Shown: positions 26,631 to 40,563, numbered from the whole stretch's first letter. The stretch: 63,156 nucleotides of DNA, filler included, from Octopus bimaculoides (GCF_001194135.2; 5 parts of 5 records of this genome joined end to end with filler, not necessarily neighbours in it), one strand, 5' to 3'. Numbers and translations: made by a program. Notes: a model not told the origin generated them from the letters alone.

Positions 26631-26986
26631 CTTTTATCTATATCTTTTATCTTTTGCTTCTTTAAATCATTAGACTGCGGATATACTGGGACACTGCCTT
26701 GAATTTTTAGTTGAGTGAATCGATCCCAGCACTTATTTTTCAAGACTGGTACTTATTCTATCGATGTATTTTGCCGAACTTCTAAGATATGGGGACGTAA
26801 ACACAACACCAGTTGTCAAGCGGTGATGAGGGGCAAACACAGACACAAAGACACACACACACATAGACAGATATATATACATATATATACGACGGGTTTC
26901 TTTCAGTCTCCGTCAGCCAAATCCACTCACAAGGCTTTCGTCGGCCCGAGGCTATAGTAGAAGACACTTGCCCAAGGTGCCCCGCA
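26631..26986 (-). mobile_element. SINE type A, head truncated
   Basis: Tail and body match. Confidence 0.85.
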
Positions 26987-28031
26987 GGTATATTTGGTAT
27001 AACTGATTCAAAATAATCTTTGTCATTGTTTTCCACGCTACCTGAAATGCGACATGTGTTGGGGTGATTTAAAGTTCAAGTACTGATGTATATCTGAGTC
27101 TTTATAATGTATATATATATATATATAATAATAATTTTCCCAGAGGATGTAGCAACCGTTACCAATATAGCATAAGAACTTACCTTAGGAGATCATTAAC
27201 TAGATTCCTTAAGGGTCGTTCTCACAGTTTATATTTATATTATAAGGTTATTAAACTTTTAAATTTTCATATTCAAAAGAGACAGAGACTTCAAATTCGA
27301 TATATCGATTTATTCACCACTCTATGTTAACATTTCTGTGCCAAACTTATCCAGTGACTGGTCCATTGGATTTAGACATTTGGCACTTCTTCAGGAGTGG
27401 TTACCTTTCGAACAAAACACGAAAAAACACATACATAACTATTATTAGGTCTTTAGGATCTCGTTAGCTTTCGTCTTTGTTATTNNNNNNNNNNNNNNNN
27501 NNNNNNNNNNNNNNNNNNNNNNNNNNNNNNNNNNNNNNNNNNNNNNNNNNNNNNNNNNNNNNNNNNNNNNNNNNNNNNNNNNNNNNNNNNNNNNNNNNNN
27601 NNNNNNNNNNNNNNNNNNNNNNNNNNNNNNNNNNNNNNNNNNNNNNNNNNNNNNNNNNNNNNNNNNNNNNNNNNNNNNNNNNNNNNNNNNNNNNNNNNNN
27701 NNNNNNNNNNNNNNNNNNNNNNNNNNNNNNNNNNNNNNNNNNNNNNNNNNNNNNNNNNNNNNNNNNNNNNNNNNNNNNNNNNNNNNNNNNNNNNNNNNNN
27801 NNNNNNNNNNNNNNNNNNNNNNNNNNNNNNNNNNNNNNNNNNNNNNNNNNNNNNNNNNNNNNNNNNNNNNNNNNNNNNNNNNNNNNNNNNNNNNNNNNNN
27901 NNNNNNNNNNNNNNNNNNNNNNNNNNNNNNNNNNNNNNNNNNNNNNNNNTGTGTGTGTGTGTGTGTGTGTGTGTGTATACACACACAGACGCGCGCGTGC
28001 ACACACACACACACACACATATATATATACT

Positions 28032-28720
28032 CGGAAAATTTGTTCTATGGTTGATGATAGAGTTACTAAGGAAAAACTACTCACAAAACGTAAGGGCTGT
28101 CTACTCAGACAAAAATATCCACTCTTACTTATAAAAAATGGTATACAACGTGCGTAACAAATACCTATAGGACAACTTAGAGCAACCCAAGAAAGAGGAA
28201 CACAAGTCGAGAATTCTATACGTTTTCTAGTGAGTCACATTCCGTGCCATTAGAATATTTTTAATGTTGCTAAATCAAACTTGTTTACCATCAGACCAAG
28301 TAACGAATTAAAATATTAATCACCTATCGTACACTTGTTCCAAGTAAACGGCAGCCAAAACCTTCAAGAAATTGTTGATAAAAGCAAAGTTTGATCTGAA
28401 CAACAATAGTAAAACATGCATGGTATTCAAATGCAATGACAATCGGTGCGGTAAATATCAGTTAATATATACTTGTCAACATACCACCACAAAAGCCGGA
28501 TAAAAATATTTCCAAATGCTAGTATGTACTGCAAAAGTAGAAATTTCATCTACAGCATCAAATACCCGAATTGTGAAAAAATATATATTGGTTAGACAGG
28601 AAACAAGTTCGGGAGAGTAATCACTAGATCCCATTAAGCAATCATTTATAAACACGCAATAAGAAAATGTTTTTCTTATTCCCATTTTACACTGAGAAAC
28701 TTAAACCCATTCTGAATGGA
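28032..28720 (+). mobile_element. Second Penelope-like element fragment (thumb, linker, GIY-YIG), decayed
   Basis: RKICSMVDDRVTKEKLL...LLRQKYPLLLIKNGIQRA*; SKRQP/FKKLLIKAKF; FKCNDNRCG; CKSRNFIYSIKYPNCEKIYIG*TGNK; PLSNHL...FLFPFY; KLKPILN. Confidence 0.85.
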
Positions 28721-29406
28721 AAATGATATGAAGAAAAATGCGAGTATTGATATAAATTTAATTTTGCTCAAAAATGATATTGGCAGTATTACGAAAGTAT
28801 AAATAGACCGAATTTGCACTTAATTTCATTAAAAAACATTGTCAAATATTGTCAGACAGGCTATGGTCTGTAGCATTAGATGTTTTTCAAAACCTGAATG
28901 TAGCTGAACACTCTGTCAGGGTCTCTGATTTGTTAACATTTTTCTATTAGTAAGGGCAGTCAATGTCAACTGTGTTACTGTGTTCAGCTGCTGGAGTCTA
29001 TCGAAGGCATTTAAAAGAAAAAAAATCACTCATTTCACTACAGTTACCAATTTACCTGTAAACTCTTATAAAACATGAAAGTATTGTAATATGTAATATT
29101 GTAAAAGTGTAAATGTACAAAAAAAATAAAATGTAAAAATCGGAATTTAATTGGCTTACAATTATGTGTGCATGTGTAAATGCATGTACGTATGCGTTAA
29201 GTATACATAGCTGTGTGTATGCATTTATGTATATAAGTATATTTATATCTATCTATCCAAACATATTGATGTGTCTCGCAATAATTTGAATAATGGGAGC
29301 CAGTAAATGATAATCTCCGTTCGTATACCGACGAGCAAAAATCAGTGGATATTAGAAGAGAGTGTCCATTTCATTTTATCAGCATTCTTATTTAGTACAA
29401 TGTCCT

Positions 29407-29518
29407 GTATGTATGTATGTATGTATGTATGTATGTATGTATGTATGTATGTATGTATGTATGTATGCATGCATGTATGTATGTATGTATGTATGTATGT
29501 ATGTATGTATGTATGTAT
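29407..29518. repeat. (TATG)n microsatellite
   Basis: Direct reading. Confidence 0.95.
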
Positions 29519-30929
29519 ACGTGTTTGTAATATGTTAGCCCGCGTACACAAACGCTCATACTGGAAAATATATTTAGAGAGAACTATAAGTGATTTTGAA
29601 ATGACAACCCTTATTCCGCTCAATTGTCATAACGATACATAATACATAGGAAGATAATTCTTTATTTCATCATCAAAGGACGTCTTTCTGGTTTCAACAC
29701 AAACTTCAACAGTGACCATCTCTTTTTATTGGGCAATGCTACTTGTCTAGTCCTACCTAATACAATGTGTCCGCACAATTCTTGAAGAGGACAATTAATA
29801 ATTTGACTGGTGTGGTTTGGCTGTCCTTTTAGGCAGGTCGAACGATCACGTTCAAACTCTCTCAGTAACTCACACGTCATTAAGCATTCATAACTGCTAG
29901 CATGATTGATTTCATTTATAATCTATCGATTTATATCGGACATGCTACTATAGAAATTTTAGAAAATGTTCATGTCTGCTGATGATTATCGATTTTTCCT
30001 TCCTTCCTTCCTACCTTCCACCTTTCCTTCTGTCCTTTCTTATTTATATATATATTTATTTATTTATCCGAATGGGTAACACTTATGAAGCAAATTCTCT
30101 AGAAGAGAAACAAATATCCTCTAAATTATTTGTAATTTGGTATTTAGCTTCAAGATAATTTCTACAAGAACTTGCTGTAATATAATTAACATATTTTTAA
30201 TTGTTTCCTTAATTCATTAAGGCGTTTTATTTTGTGATAGCTTGAAAACTTAATTTGTATTAATATTGTTTTTATTTTATGATAGTGGATTACACAAATG
30301 ATTGATCTAGATTCATGGCGAATTATCTTTTTCCCCTTGAGCATTTGTTGAACCACAGTTTAAATACAACGCGGTGATATTTGAATTTTCACAGTAATTT
30401 AAAACTCCTAATCGAGCGACTGAGTGCTTTACATAGTCGCCTGGCCGGCAAGAAATCGCAGTCAAACACCCTTCAAATCAAACTTTACCCCCTTACAGAA
30501 AGAAATGATACATTCGCCATGGTAGTATTAGATAACCCACAAAAGATGAGATAGTCATACCTAGTAGTCCTGTGATCATACAAGATCCCGACTGATTTAG
30601 GGTTAATCCACAATAGAAATTACTAATAATAATAATTCTTCCTTCAAATATATAAATAACCACCATGTTGAAACAGTTTTGCCGTTTTCCTGTCATTAAT
30701 TCAACGTTTTCAAAATGGTTCTATAAATTATTCGTTATTTCGACGATGGATTGGCACAAAATACAAAATACTGACCTAATCATTACTATTTGTTTTGTTT
30801 TGTTTTTTGTACTTGCATTCATATGGATTCACGGTGTTGTGATATCAATCCCGCCATATTCGATTAAGTTTACCATCAAGGTAGAGTCAAGGATTTGAGT
30901 GGATATAGGAAATCATCAGTATTATCACT

Positions 30930-31425
30930 AATTATTATTACTATTGAGTGAGAGAGCAGCGCATGCTATCGAAGTGGCACTAAACTGCAAATATACGAAG
31001 CCAAGTATACGCATCATAACTACCCATCTGATAAGGGCACAACAGGCACATGTATCACAACCATATGTCCGTGATATGGTAATCTCATATCGAGATAAAC
31101 AGCGCATGGACTTACAGGTGGATCCAGTTAGAATTTTCTGCAGGTTGAGTAGCCCACCCTGCTCAAAAAGTTTCTTGGATAAGGGTTGTTTAAGGATGTT
31201 GAACGAAACACCCATGTTTCTAGCAGTGAATTATTAAAATCCCAAAGAATTCCTCTCGACACATGGCTATGATGCTCCCCCACTACTTGTGCTTGTGATC
31301 AGAGATGCACCTATCGCTAGCCACTGAGAGACATGCTCAGCTGGTTAAGATCAAGCAACTGACAAGAAAATCTGTGGTATTGAGCAGAATATTTGCTGTA
31401 GCCCATCCTTTATCCGAAGAAAAAA
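30930..31425 (-). mobile_element. (AAT)n-tailed retroposon 3' part, same family as 13586-13885
   Basis: Its reverse complement aligns with 13586-13885 and extends further 5'. Confidence 0.75.
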
Positions 31426-31809
31426 AACATGTACATGATAACACTTCCAATCAGTCAAGACCAGAAGCCATGAGTGTCCTCTTTGGTAGTGATTGATTGA
31501 CTCTTTTGAATTTTGGGGAAGCCATAGAAAAGGCTGTTTGCATTTGAAGTTGGTAATGTAGTCTTTTTCTTTTTCTGTTAGGCATTTTCCGTGTTTGAAT
31601 ATTAGAGTTTCAAGATTTATATATATATATATATGGCTCGTTCCCTTGCTCCCGCCCACGCTGCCACACTTGCCCTTACCTCTCCAACACCACCCTCCTC
31701 ACCAGCACCNNNNNNNNNNNNNNNNNNNNNNNNNNNNNNNNNNNNNNNNNNNNTTAATTAATTAANNNNNNNNNNNNNNNNNNNNNNNNNNNNNNNNNNN
31801 NNNNNNNNN

Positions 31810-31842
<33 letters not shown>

Positions 31843-33040
31843 ACGTAAGTGTATGAATATATGCACACACACTCACACACATACATATATATTCACATAT
31901 AAATATACAAACATACGCATATATATTGATATACATACATACATACATGTATGTGTATCTACATATGTATATGCGTTTATGTGTGTGTGTGTGTGTGCAT
32001 ACATGCATTTTTGTGGATTAACCAGTATGCATGTGTGGAAGACGGAAAATAGAATATCGAAAAACAAAAAAGGGAAACAAAAATATATATAAAAAAAAGG
32101 TGACATATAAAGTGCGTAAGTCAATTAACGAAAATATGACAAGGAAGGTTTACATCCGTCTACAAACACACACACACACATACATACGCATGTATACACA
32201 TAGCTACCCACAAAAACAAAGAAATATATCACAGACACAGAAACAGACACACACACATACACACACATGTATATATATACATACATATATATGTATATAT
32301 ATATATATATATATNNNNNNNNNNNNNNNNNNNNNNNNNNNNNNNNNNNNNNNNNNNNNNNNNNNNNNNNNNNNNNNNNNNNNNNNNNNNNNNNNNNNNN
32401 NNNNNNNNNNNNNNNNNNNNNNNNNNNNNNNNNNNNNNNNNNNNNNNNNNNNNNNNNNNNNNNNNNNNNNNNNNNNNNNNNNNNNNNNNNNNNNNNNNNN
32501 NNNNNNNNNNNNNNNNNNNNNNNNNNNNNNNNNNNNNNNNNNNNNNNNNNNNNNNNNNNNNNNNNNNNNNNNNNNNNNNNNNNNNNNNNNNNNNNNNNNN
32601 NNNNNNNNNNNNNNNNNNNNNNNNNNNNNNNNNNNNNNNNNNNNNNNNNNATATATACATGCATATAACATAAATATATATATATATATATACTTACAAT
32701 TACAGATATGTACCAAAGTACAAGAAACTGCCATATTAGTTTTTAGTAATGGAGTAAATTGCCGATAATTATTTATAAGTAGGGGAAAAGTTGATATTCC
32801 CCCGCCTGCACACGTATCTGTGTGTGCGTGTGCGTGCGTTTGCGTGCGTTTGCGTGCGTGCGCGCATGCGAGTGAGGGAGAAAACGGCAAGTTGAATAAC
32901 GATACAAGTTATTTTATATTCTGGGTCATGAATCTATGAATCTGGCTCTCTGCTTGAATGTCTGTCTAACTGTCTGTCTGTCTGTCTATCCATATAACCA
33001 TCTATCTATCTATCGATCTATCTGTTTGTCTGTCTGTCTT

Positions 33041-33238
33041 CTGACCGTCGTGCCTTGTCCCGACCCTACCATCACCAAACTGGAACGAATTCTCTTCCGC
33101 TTCTTGCGAAAAGGAAGCGTTCCGATGGTCAGGCGATCTGTTTGCTGCCAACACCCGTTAAAAGGAGGGAAAGGGCCTGCCGTGGTTGATGATGCGCTGA
33201 CACGCTCTGAGACTGCGACATCTCCGGATCTACGGTAG
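33041..33238 (+). mobile_element. Tx1/L1-clade LINE ORF2 fragment (post-RT region)
   Basis: LTVVPCPDPTITKLERILFRFLRKGSVPMVRRSVCCQHPLKGG, then a frameshift to GLPWLMMR*HALRLRHL. Resembles the F.W.G......GG.GLP motif of L1/Tx1. Confidence 0.7.
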
Positions 33239-34499
33239 ATGACCCCGAAAGGATGAAAGGAAGAAACAAACAAGCAGAGAAAGAGAGAAGCACGACNNNN
33301 NNNNNNNNNNNNNNNNNNNNNNNNNNNNNNNNNNNNNNNNNNNNNNNNNNNNNNNNNNNNNNNNNNNNNNNNNNNNNNNNNNNNNNNNNNNNNNNNNNNN
33401 NNNNNNNNNNNNNNNNNNNNNNNNNNNNNNNNNNNNNNNNNNNNNNNNNNNNNNNNNNNNNNNNNNNNNNNNNNNNNNNNNNNNNNNNNNNNNNNNNNNN
33501 NNNNNNNNNNNNNNNNNNNNNNNNNNNNNNNNNNNNNNNNNNNNNNNNNNNNNNNNNNNNNNNNNNNNNNNNNNNNNNNNNNNNNNNNNNNNNNNNNNNN
33601 NNNNNNNNNNNNNNNNNNNNNNNNNNNNNNNNNNNNNNNNNNNNNNNNNNNNNNNNNNNNNNNNNNNNNNNNNNNNNNNNNNNNNNNNNNNNNNNNNNNN
33701 NNNNNNNNNNNNNNNNNNNNNNNNNNNNNNNNNNNNNNNNNNNNNNNNNNNNNNNNNNNNNNNNNNNNNNNNNNNNNNNNNNNNNNNNNNNNNNNNNNNN
33801 NNNNNNNNNNNNNNNNNNNNNNNNNNNNNNNNNNNNNNNNNNNNNNNNNNNNNNNNNNNNNNNNNNNNNNNNNNNNNNNNNNNNNNNNNNNNNNNNNNNN
33901 NNNNNNNNNNNNNNNNNNNNNNNNNNNNNNNNNNNNNNNNNNNNNNNNNNNNNNNNNNNNNNNNNNNNNNNNNNNNNNNNNNNNNNNNNNNNNNNNNNNN
34001 NNNNNNNNNNNNNNNNNNNNNNNNNNNNNNNNNNNNNNNNNNNNNNNNNNNNNNNNNNNNNNNNNNNNNNNNNNNNNNNNNNNNNNNNNNNNNNNNNNNN
34101 NNNNNNNNNNNNNNNNNNNNNNNNNNNNNNNNNNNNNNNNNNNNNNNNNNNNNNNNNNNNNNNNNNNNNNNNNNNNNNNNNNNNNNNNNNTGGTGAAATA
34201 ATGGAATTGATGTGGAATAATTCTATAAAGATGTTACCAAATTATTTCGCTTTTTTATTGTTTGTTTTTGTTTTCTAATTTTGTTTTTTTGTATTTTATT
34301 TATTTATTTTAGTTATTTATTTTAGTTATTTATTTAGTTATTTATTTTGTCAGAAGGAGAGTTAGACTAATTTCTGTTTTGGATCTTCTGTGGAAATTTG
34401 GAGGAATTATGAAGGAGGGAAAGAAAGAAAGGATGAAAGGAAGAAACAAACAAGCAGAGAAAGAGAGAAGCACGACTGAATGAAAGAGAGATGGAGGCT

Positions 34500-35133
34500 G
34501 AAAGAGGGAGAGAGAAGGAGAGTAAGAGGGAGAGAGAGATTTGAAAATAGCAAATAGGATAATGATGATAATGATGATGATAATGATGATGATGATGATA
34601 AGGGTTATGATAATGATGACGATGATGATGACGATGATGATAGCAGTGGTGGTGGTGGTGATGATGATGATGATGATGATGTTACTGGTAGTGATGATAA
34701 CGATGTTTCGTTGGTAAAAAAAGTAGAAACATGAAAAAAAAAGTCAGACTTAGAAATAAATGCTGCTGCTGCTACTGCTACTGCTGCTGCTACCGCCGCT
34801 GCTGCTGGTCGTGCTGATGATGGTGATGATGATGATCTTCTTCTTCTTCTTCTTCTTCTTCTTCTTCTTCTTCTTCTTCTTCTTCTTCTTCTTCTTCTTC
34901 TTCTTCTTCATCATCATCATCATCATCACCACCATCATCATCGTCGTCCTGATCATCATCATCATCATCATCATCATCGTCGTCACCACCAGCATGCTTA
35001 TAGTGCCAGTGGTGCTAAAGATGTCCATAACGACAGTGACGGATGCACCACGACGACGGCGGTGGTTGCTGATGACGATCAGGCCGAGATGACAAGGTCA
35101 GCGACGACGACGACGACGATGACACCGATAGCA

Positions 35134-35186
<53 letters not shown>

Positions 35187-35230
35187 AGCAGTGGTGGTGG
35201 TGGTGATGATGATGACGACGTCACTGTTAT
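34500..35230. repeat. Compound trinucleotide low-complexity block (GAT/CTT/CAT/GCT)
   Basis: Direct reading; includes about 24 (CTT) units near 34836-34908. Confidence 0.9.
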
Positions 35231-35485
35231 TACGTAATACACTTATCTATGCTTTGTTAGTTTGCAATTTTGAATTCAAATAAAAATTCCATTTCCCATT
35301 TCATATTTTTCTCCTCTTCACCCAAAAAATACTTTTTTCTCACATTTTTTTTAAAGATTATTACGCGTGAGAGCGTGTGTATTTTTGTCAGTGAGTGTGT
35401 GAGTGTGTGTGTGTGTGACAGAGAAAGACACTGTGTTTATGTGTCTATTAGTGTGTGTGTGTATGCCTTTGTGTTTTCTTGTGTG

Positions 35486-35532
<47 letters not shown>

Positions 35533-35789
35533 GTGTGTGTGTTGTGTGTGTGTGTGTCTATTTCTGTGTGTGTGTGTGTGTGTGTGTGCAATATAGTGTT
35601 TGGTGGGAGGGAGAGAGGGAGAAAGAGAAGGGGAAACGGAAGGAAGAAGTGTTTTCCTCAAACAGGAACCTTGACCCCATTGCTTGGTACATAGTAGTCT
35701 CCGCCCTTAAGGGTACCCGAGGTACCCAAAAATCAAGTGGTGGTGTTGGTGTGACTCAACCGAGCGATAACATAAATTTATTACTGACG

Positions 35790-38582
35790 GATGGATTTGA
35801 ACTTAAAACGCAAGGAGCTACAACAAAATCCCGTCAGTAGAAAATCGATTCCGTCAATCTATGTCTCTAGTTTGATACTTTATTTATCGACCCCAGAAGG
35901 TTGAAAGGTAAAGATGACCTCAGCGGGATTTGAACCCGGAATGCAAAGAGTTGGAACGAACACTACGAGGCATTTCATTCGATGCATTAACGACGTGGCC
36001 AATCCGTAGCTTTTTACTAGCATTTATCGATCTCGAAAAGATGAAGAGTAAAAATGACCTCGATAAGATTAGAATTCAGAACATAGAGAGCTGAATTAAA
36101 GAGCGCAAGGCATTTCGTTCGATGCTCTAACGACTGTATTACAATTCATCGATTATTTATCGATCGAAGAAAAAAAAAAAGATAAAAGGTGGAGACGGCT
36201 TTGAGTGTGTTTGAACGCAGAGCGTACATATCCGAAACAAAGATCGCAAAGCATTTTGTCCAATGTTGTAAAGACCCCCGTCAATTTGTTCCTTTGATTA
36301 CAATTATCATTCATCGATTTCGAAGAAAAAGAAAACGAAAGAAAAATTTGACCTCAAAAGGATTTGAACTCAGAACGTAAAGAGCCAAAACAAAGGTCGT
36401 AAAGTATTTTGTCTGATGCCCTAACGACCCTACCTTGATTAATATTTCGTTCAGCGATCTCAAATCAAAAAAAAAAAAAGAAAAAAAAGGGAGAAGATAA
36501 AAAGTAGATGTAATCTTGGCTGGATTTGAACTCAGATTGTAAAAATTCGAAACAAAGAGCGTGAGGTACTTCGTCCGATGATTTAACAACTCTGTATTGA
36601 TTAATATTTCGTTCAGCGATTTCGCCCCACCGCAAGAAAGAAAGAAAGATAGAAAGATAAATGGTAAATTTAATTTCAGCTGAATTTGAATTCAGATCGT
36701 AAAGAATCGAAACAAAGAGCGCGAGGTACTTCGTCCGATGCTCCAACNNNNNNNNNNNNNNNNNNNNNNNNNNNNNNNNNNNNNNNNNNNNNNNNNNNNN
36801 NNNNNNNNNNNNNNNNNNNNNNNNNNNNNNNNNNNNNNNNNNNNNNNNNNNNNNNAAAGCAAATTTGGCCTCGGTAAGATTTGAACTGAGATCGTGAAAT
36901 GCCGAAACAAATAGGTGCAAAGTATTTTCATCCGATCGCCTAACGACCCTGCCAACTTATAGCCTTGGATTAGCTAGCTTTCATCGATCTTGATAAAGAC
37001 AAAAGAAAAAAGAAAGAAAAAAAAACAAAAGGTAAATCGTCGACCGTGTGATTTGATCTTGGATCGTAGAGTTTCGCAACAAGCAGCGCTCGGCGCATTT
37101 GTTTAAAGCTCTATCGACTCTACGTTGGTTAGTATCTTATTATTCAGTCTCGAGGGTTGTAGATGATAAATTTGATCTCGGCGGGTTGAGTAATCAGAAC
37201 GTGGAGAGCGCAAAGGTGTTTCGCCCGATGCTCTACCGATTCTGCCAGTTTGTAGTCTTGATTAGAGTTATTACTTATGGGTCTTATTGTGGCGGGTTGG
37301 CAGAATCGTTAGGACGCCGGGCGAAATGCTCAGCGGCATTTCATCTTCTTCACGTTCTGAGTTCAAATGTCTTCGGAGTCGATTTTGCCTCTTATCCTTT
37401 TGAGGTGTATAAAGTAAGTACCAGTTAAATACTTGGGTCGATGTAATCGACTTAAACCCTCCTCCACCAAACTGTGCCTTGTGCTTATAGTAGAAAGGAT
37501 TATTTATGGATCTTAGTAAAAAGAAAGAAAGAAATGTAAGTTGACTTTGGCGGGATTTGAACTCAGAAAGTAGGGAGTTAAAACAATAACTGGAAGGCAT
37601 TTTGTCCGATGCTCTGATGATATCACCTTGATTAGTTGTCAATCCTTTTATTCGAATAAAAGAAAAAAAGAAATGGAAAGTGAAGCTGACCTCGGCGGAG
37701 TTCGAACTCAGATCGTGAAGAGCTGAAACAAAGCGCCAGGCACGTTGTCCGATGCTCTAATGACATTGTCTTGATTAGTTTTCTATTCATCGACCTCGAA
37801 AAAAAAAATCCTTGAAAGGTAAAGCTAATCACGGCGGGATTTGAACTCAGAAAGTATAGAACCGAAACAAATAGTGCAAGGAACTTTGTCTGGTGCTCTA
37901 ACGACATTGCTTTGATAAGTATTTTAGTCATCAATCTCGAAAAACAAAAATGCCCCACCCCCAACAAAAAAAAAACAACAACCCAAAACTAAAAGCTAAA
38001 GCTGATCACGGCTGGATTTGAACTCAGGTCGTGAAGAGCCAAAAAAAAAAAAAAAAAGAAGCTTAAGACCGATATTGTAATCACATTGCTTTGATTAACT
38101 TTCTATCATTCGATCTCGAATAAAAATAAGATAAGATAAAAAGGTAAAGCTGACCTCGGCTGGGGTTTGAACTCAGAAAGTAGAGAGCCGAAATAAATAC
38201 CGCAATGAACCTTGTTTGTTGCTCTAACGACGTTGCCTTAAAAGTGAAAAGAAAAGTTGGCCTCGGTTGGAAAAAAAACATAAGTAAAATAAAAATGTGA
38301 ACGACAAAGCTGATGTGGGTAGGATTTGAACTCGGATCGTGAAGAGCCGAAACAAAGTGCGCGAGACATTTTGTCCAATGTCCTAACAATATTGTTTTCT
38401 ATTCAATTCGTCGATCTCGAACAACAACAAAAATATATAATAAAATAAAATAAGACAAAAATATGAAAGGCAAGCTGATTCCGGCAGGATTTGAACTCGG
38501 ATTGTTAAGATCTGGAACAAAGAGCGCAAGACACTTTGTCCGGTGTTCTAATATCATTGTTTAGTATTCAATTCATCAATCT

Positions 38583-38621
<39 letters not shown>

Positions 38622-39539
38622 TAAAAATGAAAGGTAAAGCTGAGCCCGGCGGAATTTGAACTCGGACCGTGAGGTGCCGAAACGAAGAGAGCAAGATTGT
38701 AAGACTTGCGTGTCCGATGTCCTAACGACTTTGCCAATTCGCCGTGTCGACGGAGGGGGGACGCACAATGCGAGCAGCTATAATTTATTGGGCGGTGATT
38801 ACGAAGACTTCCAGTAACGTGAGTTACGGGTTGTTTGTAGGGCTGTTTGATGTTATCGGAGATCGATCATGTTATGATATCGATTATGTTATCTTATCGA
38901 ATACCGATCATGTAGAAGTATGTGTTGTATTATTGAATGGTGATCGTATAGTAATCAATGATGTAACGTCTTTTTTTTATGCTTTTGGCGAGGGTGGCGC
39001 TGCGGAGGCTGCGTAGAGCGGTGTAACGTTGATATTATTTTGTTATTTAGCTTCAGGTCAAACGCAATGGAGACGAAGATTATTTATTAAAGGCGTTCCA
39101 GCCATGGCTGTCCTCTCATTTCTTTTTTCCTGTCTTAAGGTAGCCGGGGCTACGCTTGTTAGAGTATCGTTACAGCATCGGACAAGGTGCGTTACCTTCC
39201 TTTCGGCTCTTCTCGATCTGAGTTCAAATTCCGCCGAAACCTGTCATTCATTCTTATTTTTCGAGATCAAAGATTTGAATACTAAACAAGGTGAAGCCGT
39301 TAGATCATCCAACAGTACTCTGCACGTTTTCTTTCAATTCTCTGCTTTATGAGTTCAAATCCGACCAAAATCAACTTTTCTTTCATTTTTTTTTTTTTTG
39401 GTCAAAATCTATAAATAGTAACTCTAATCAAGGCTACAAACTGTCAGAGGTCGGTAGAGCATCGGGCAAAAAACTTTGCGCTCTTTGTTTCGCTTCTCTA
39501 CGTTCTGATTGCTCAACCGGACGAGATCAAATTTACCCT
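35790..39539. repeat. Tandem array of about 20 diverged SINE-D head units (~140-170 bp), mostly minus-oriented, last three plus-oriented
   Basis: ggatttgaactc or variants (reverse-complemented B-box) recur near 35793, 35926, 36066, 36207, 36360, 36522, 36682, 36877, 37049, 37185, 37552, 37697, 37837, 38013, 38163, 38322, 38487 and 38651. Plus-sense gagttcaaat occurs near 39220 and 39350, and a variant near 39505. Confidence 0.85.
37291..37502 (+). mobile_element. SINE type D, full length, inside the array
   Basis: ggcgggttggcagaatcgttagg...ctgagttcaaat...gtaccagtt...gggtcgatgtaatcgac...tagtagaaagga. Confidence 0.85.
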
Positions 39540-39924
39540 NNNNNNNNNNNNNNNNNNNNNNNNNNNNNNNNNNNNNNNNNNNNNNNNNNNNNNNNNNNNN
39601 NNNNNNNNNNNNNNNNNNNNNNNNNNNNNNNNNNNNNNNNNNNNNNNNNNNNNNNNNNNNNNNNNNNNNNNNNNNNNNNNNNNNNNNNNNNNNNNNNNNN
39701 NNNNNNNNNNNNNNNNNNNNNNNNNNNNNNNNNNNNNNNNNNNNNNNNNNNNNNNNNNNNNNNNNNNNNNNNNNNNNNNNNNNNNNNNNNNNNNNNNNNN
39801 NNNNNNNNNNNNNNNNNNNNNNNNNNNNNNNNNNNNNNNNNNNNNNNNNNNNNNNNNNNNNNNNNNNNNNNNNNNNNNNNNNNNNNNNNNNTAGTGTTAT
39901 ACATACATACATACATATATATAT

Positions 39925-39972
<48 letters not shown>

Positions 39973-40563
39973 GCCGGAGTAAGTGCATAAATGCGAAACA
40001 AGGTGGAAAAAATAGTACTCGAATACCAGAGGTAGAGTAATATGCTTTGTTAATAATGCTGCAAAGACATCACAGAAACTGTTACTCAGAGTTTCACGTT
40101 CCCTTTCTCAAACAAAACTGTCTGTGTTTATATGTATGTATCTATCCCTCTATGTATGTATGTATGCATGTATGAATCTATCTCCCTCTCTATCTATCTA
40201 TCTTTCTATCTATCTATCTATCTATCTATCTATTTATCTATTTATCTATCTATTTATCTATCTATCTACATACATGCATGCATGCATCCATACATACATA
40301 CATATATACACACATATATACATACATGTATACATATAGATATGTATTTACAGGCGTGTATACACCGATTTTCCGGATCCTTTGATTGCAAACCCTTTCC
40401 CAACCATTGTCTTCTTGGTGAACCAATGATGTTAACTTCGGTCGATACTCTCTAAATTAAGCAAATATTAAATTTACTTAAACAATTAATACAAATCAGT
40501 ACGAATTATATGGAGTTTCCGGACCATTAGTCTTTGCAAAATCAATGTTGTACTTGCGCGCGC

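Noticed and set aside
30928-31237. Two overlapping ~96-aa ORFs
   Set aside because: They lie in a repeat whose second copy (13586-13885) shows no evident coding conservation; no RT or endonuclease motifs.
33248-34475. 49-bp exact repeat on both sides of the 894-N gap
   Set aside because: The left copy starts at gaaaggatgaaagg, which SINE D also contains; likely a chimeric contig end or overlap.
38744-39016. 90-aa ORF in the spacer of the SINE-head array
   Set aside because: Non-ATG start, no domain resemblance, no splice support.
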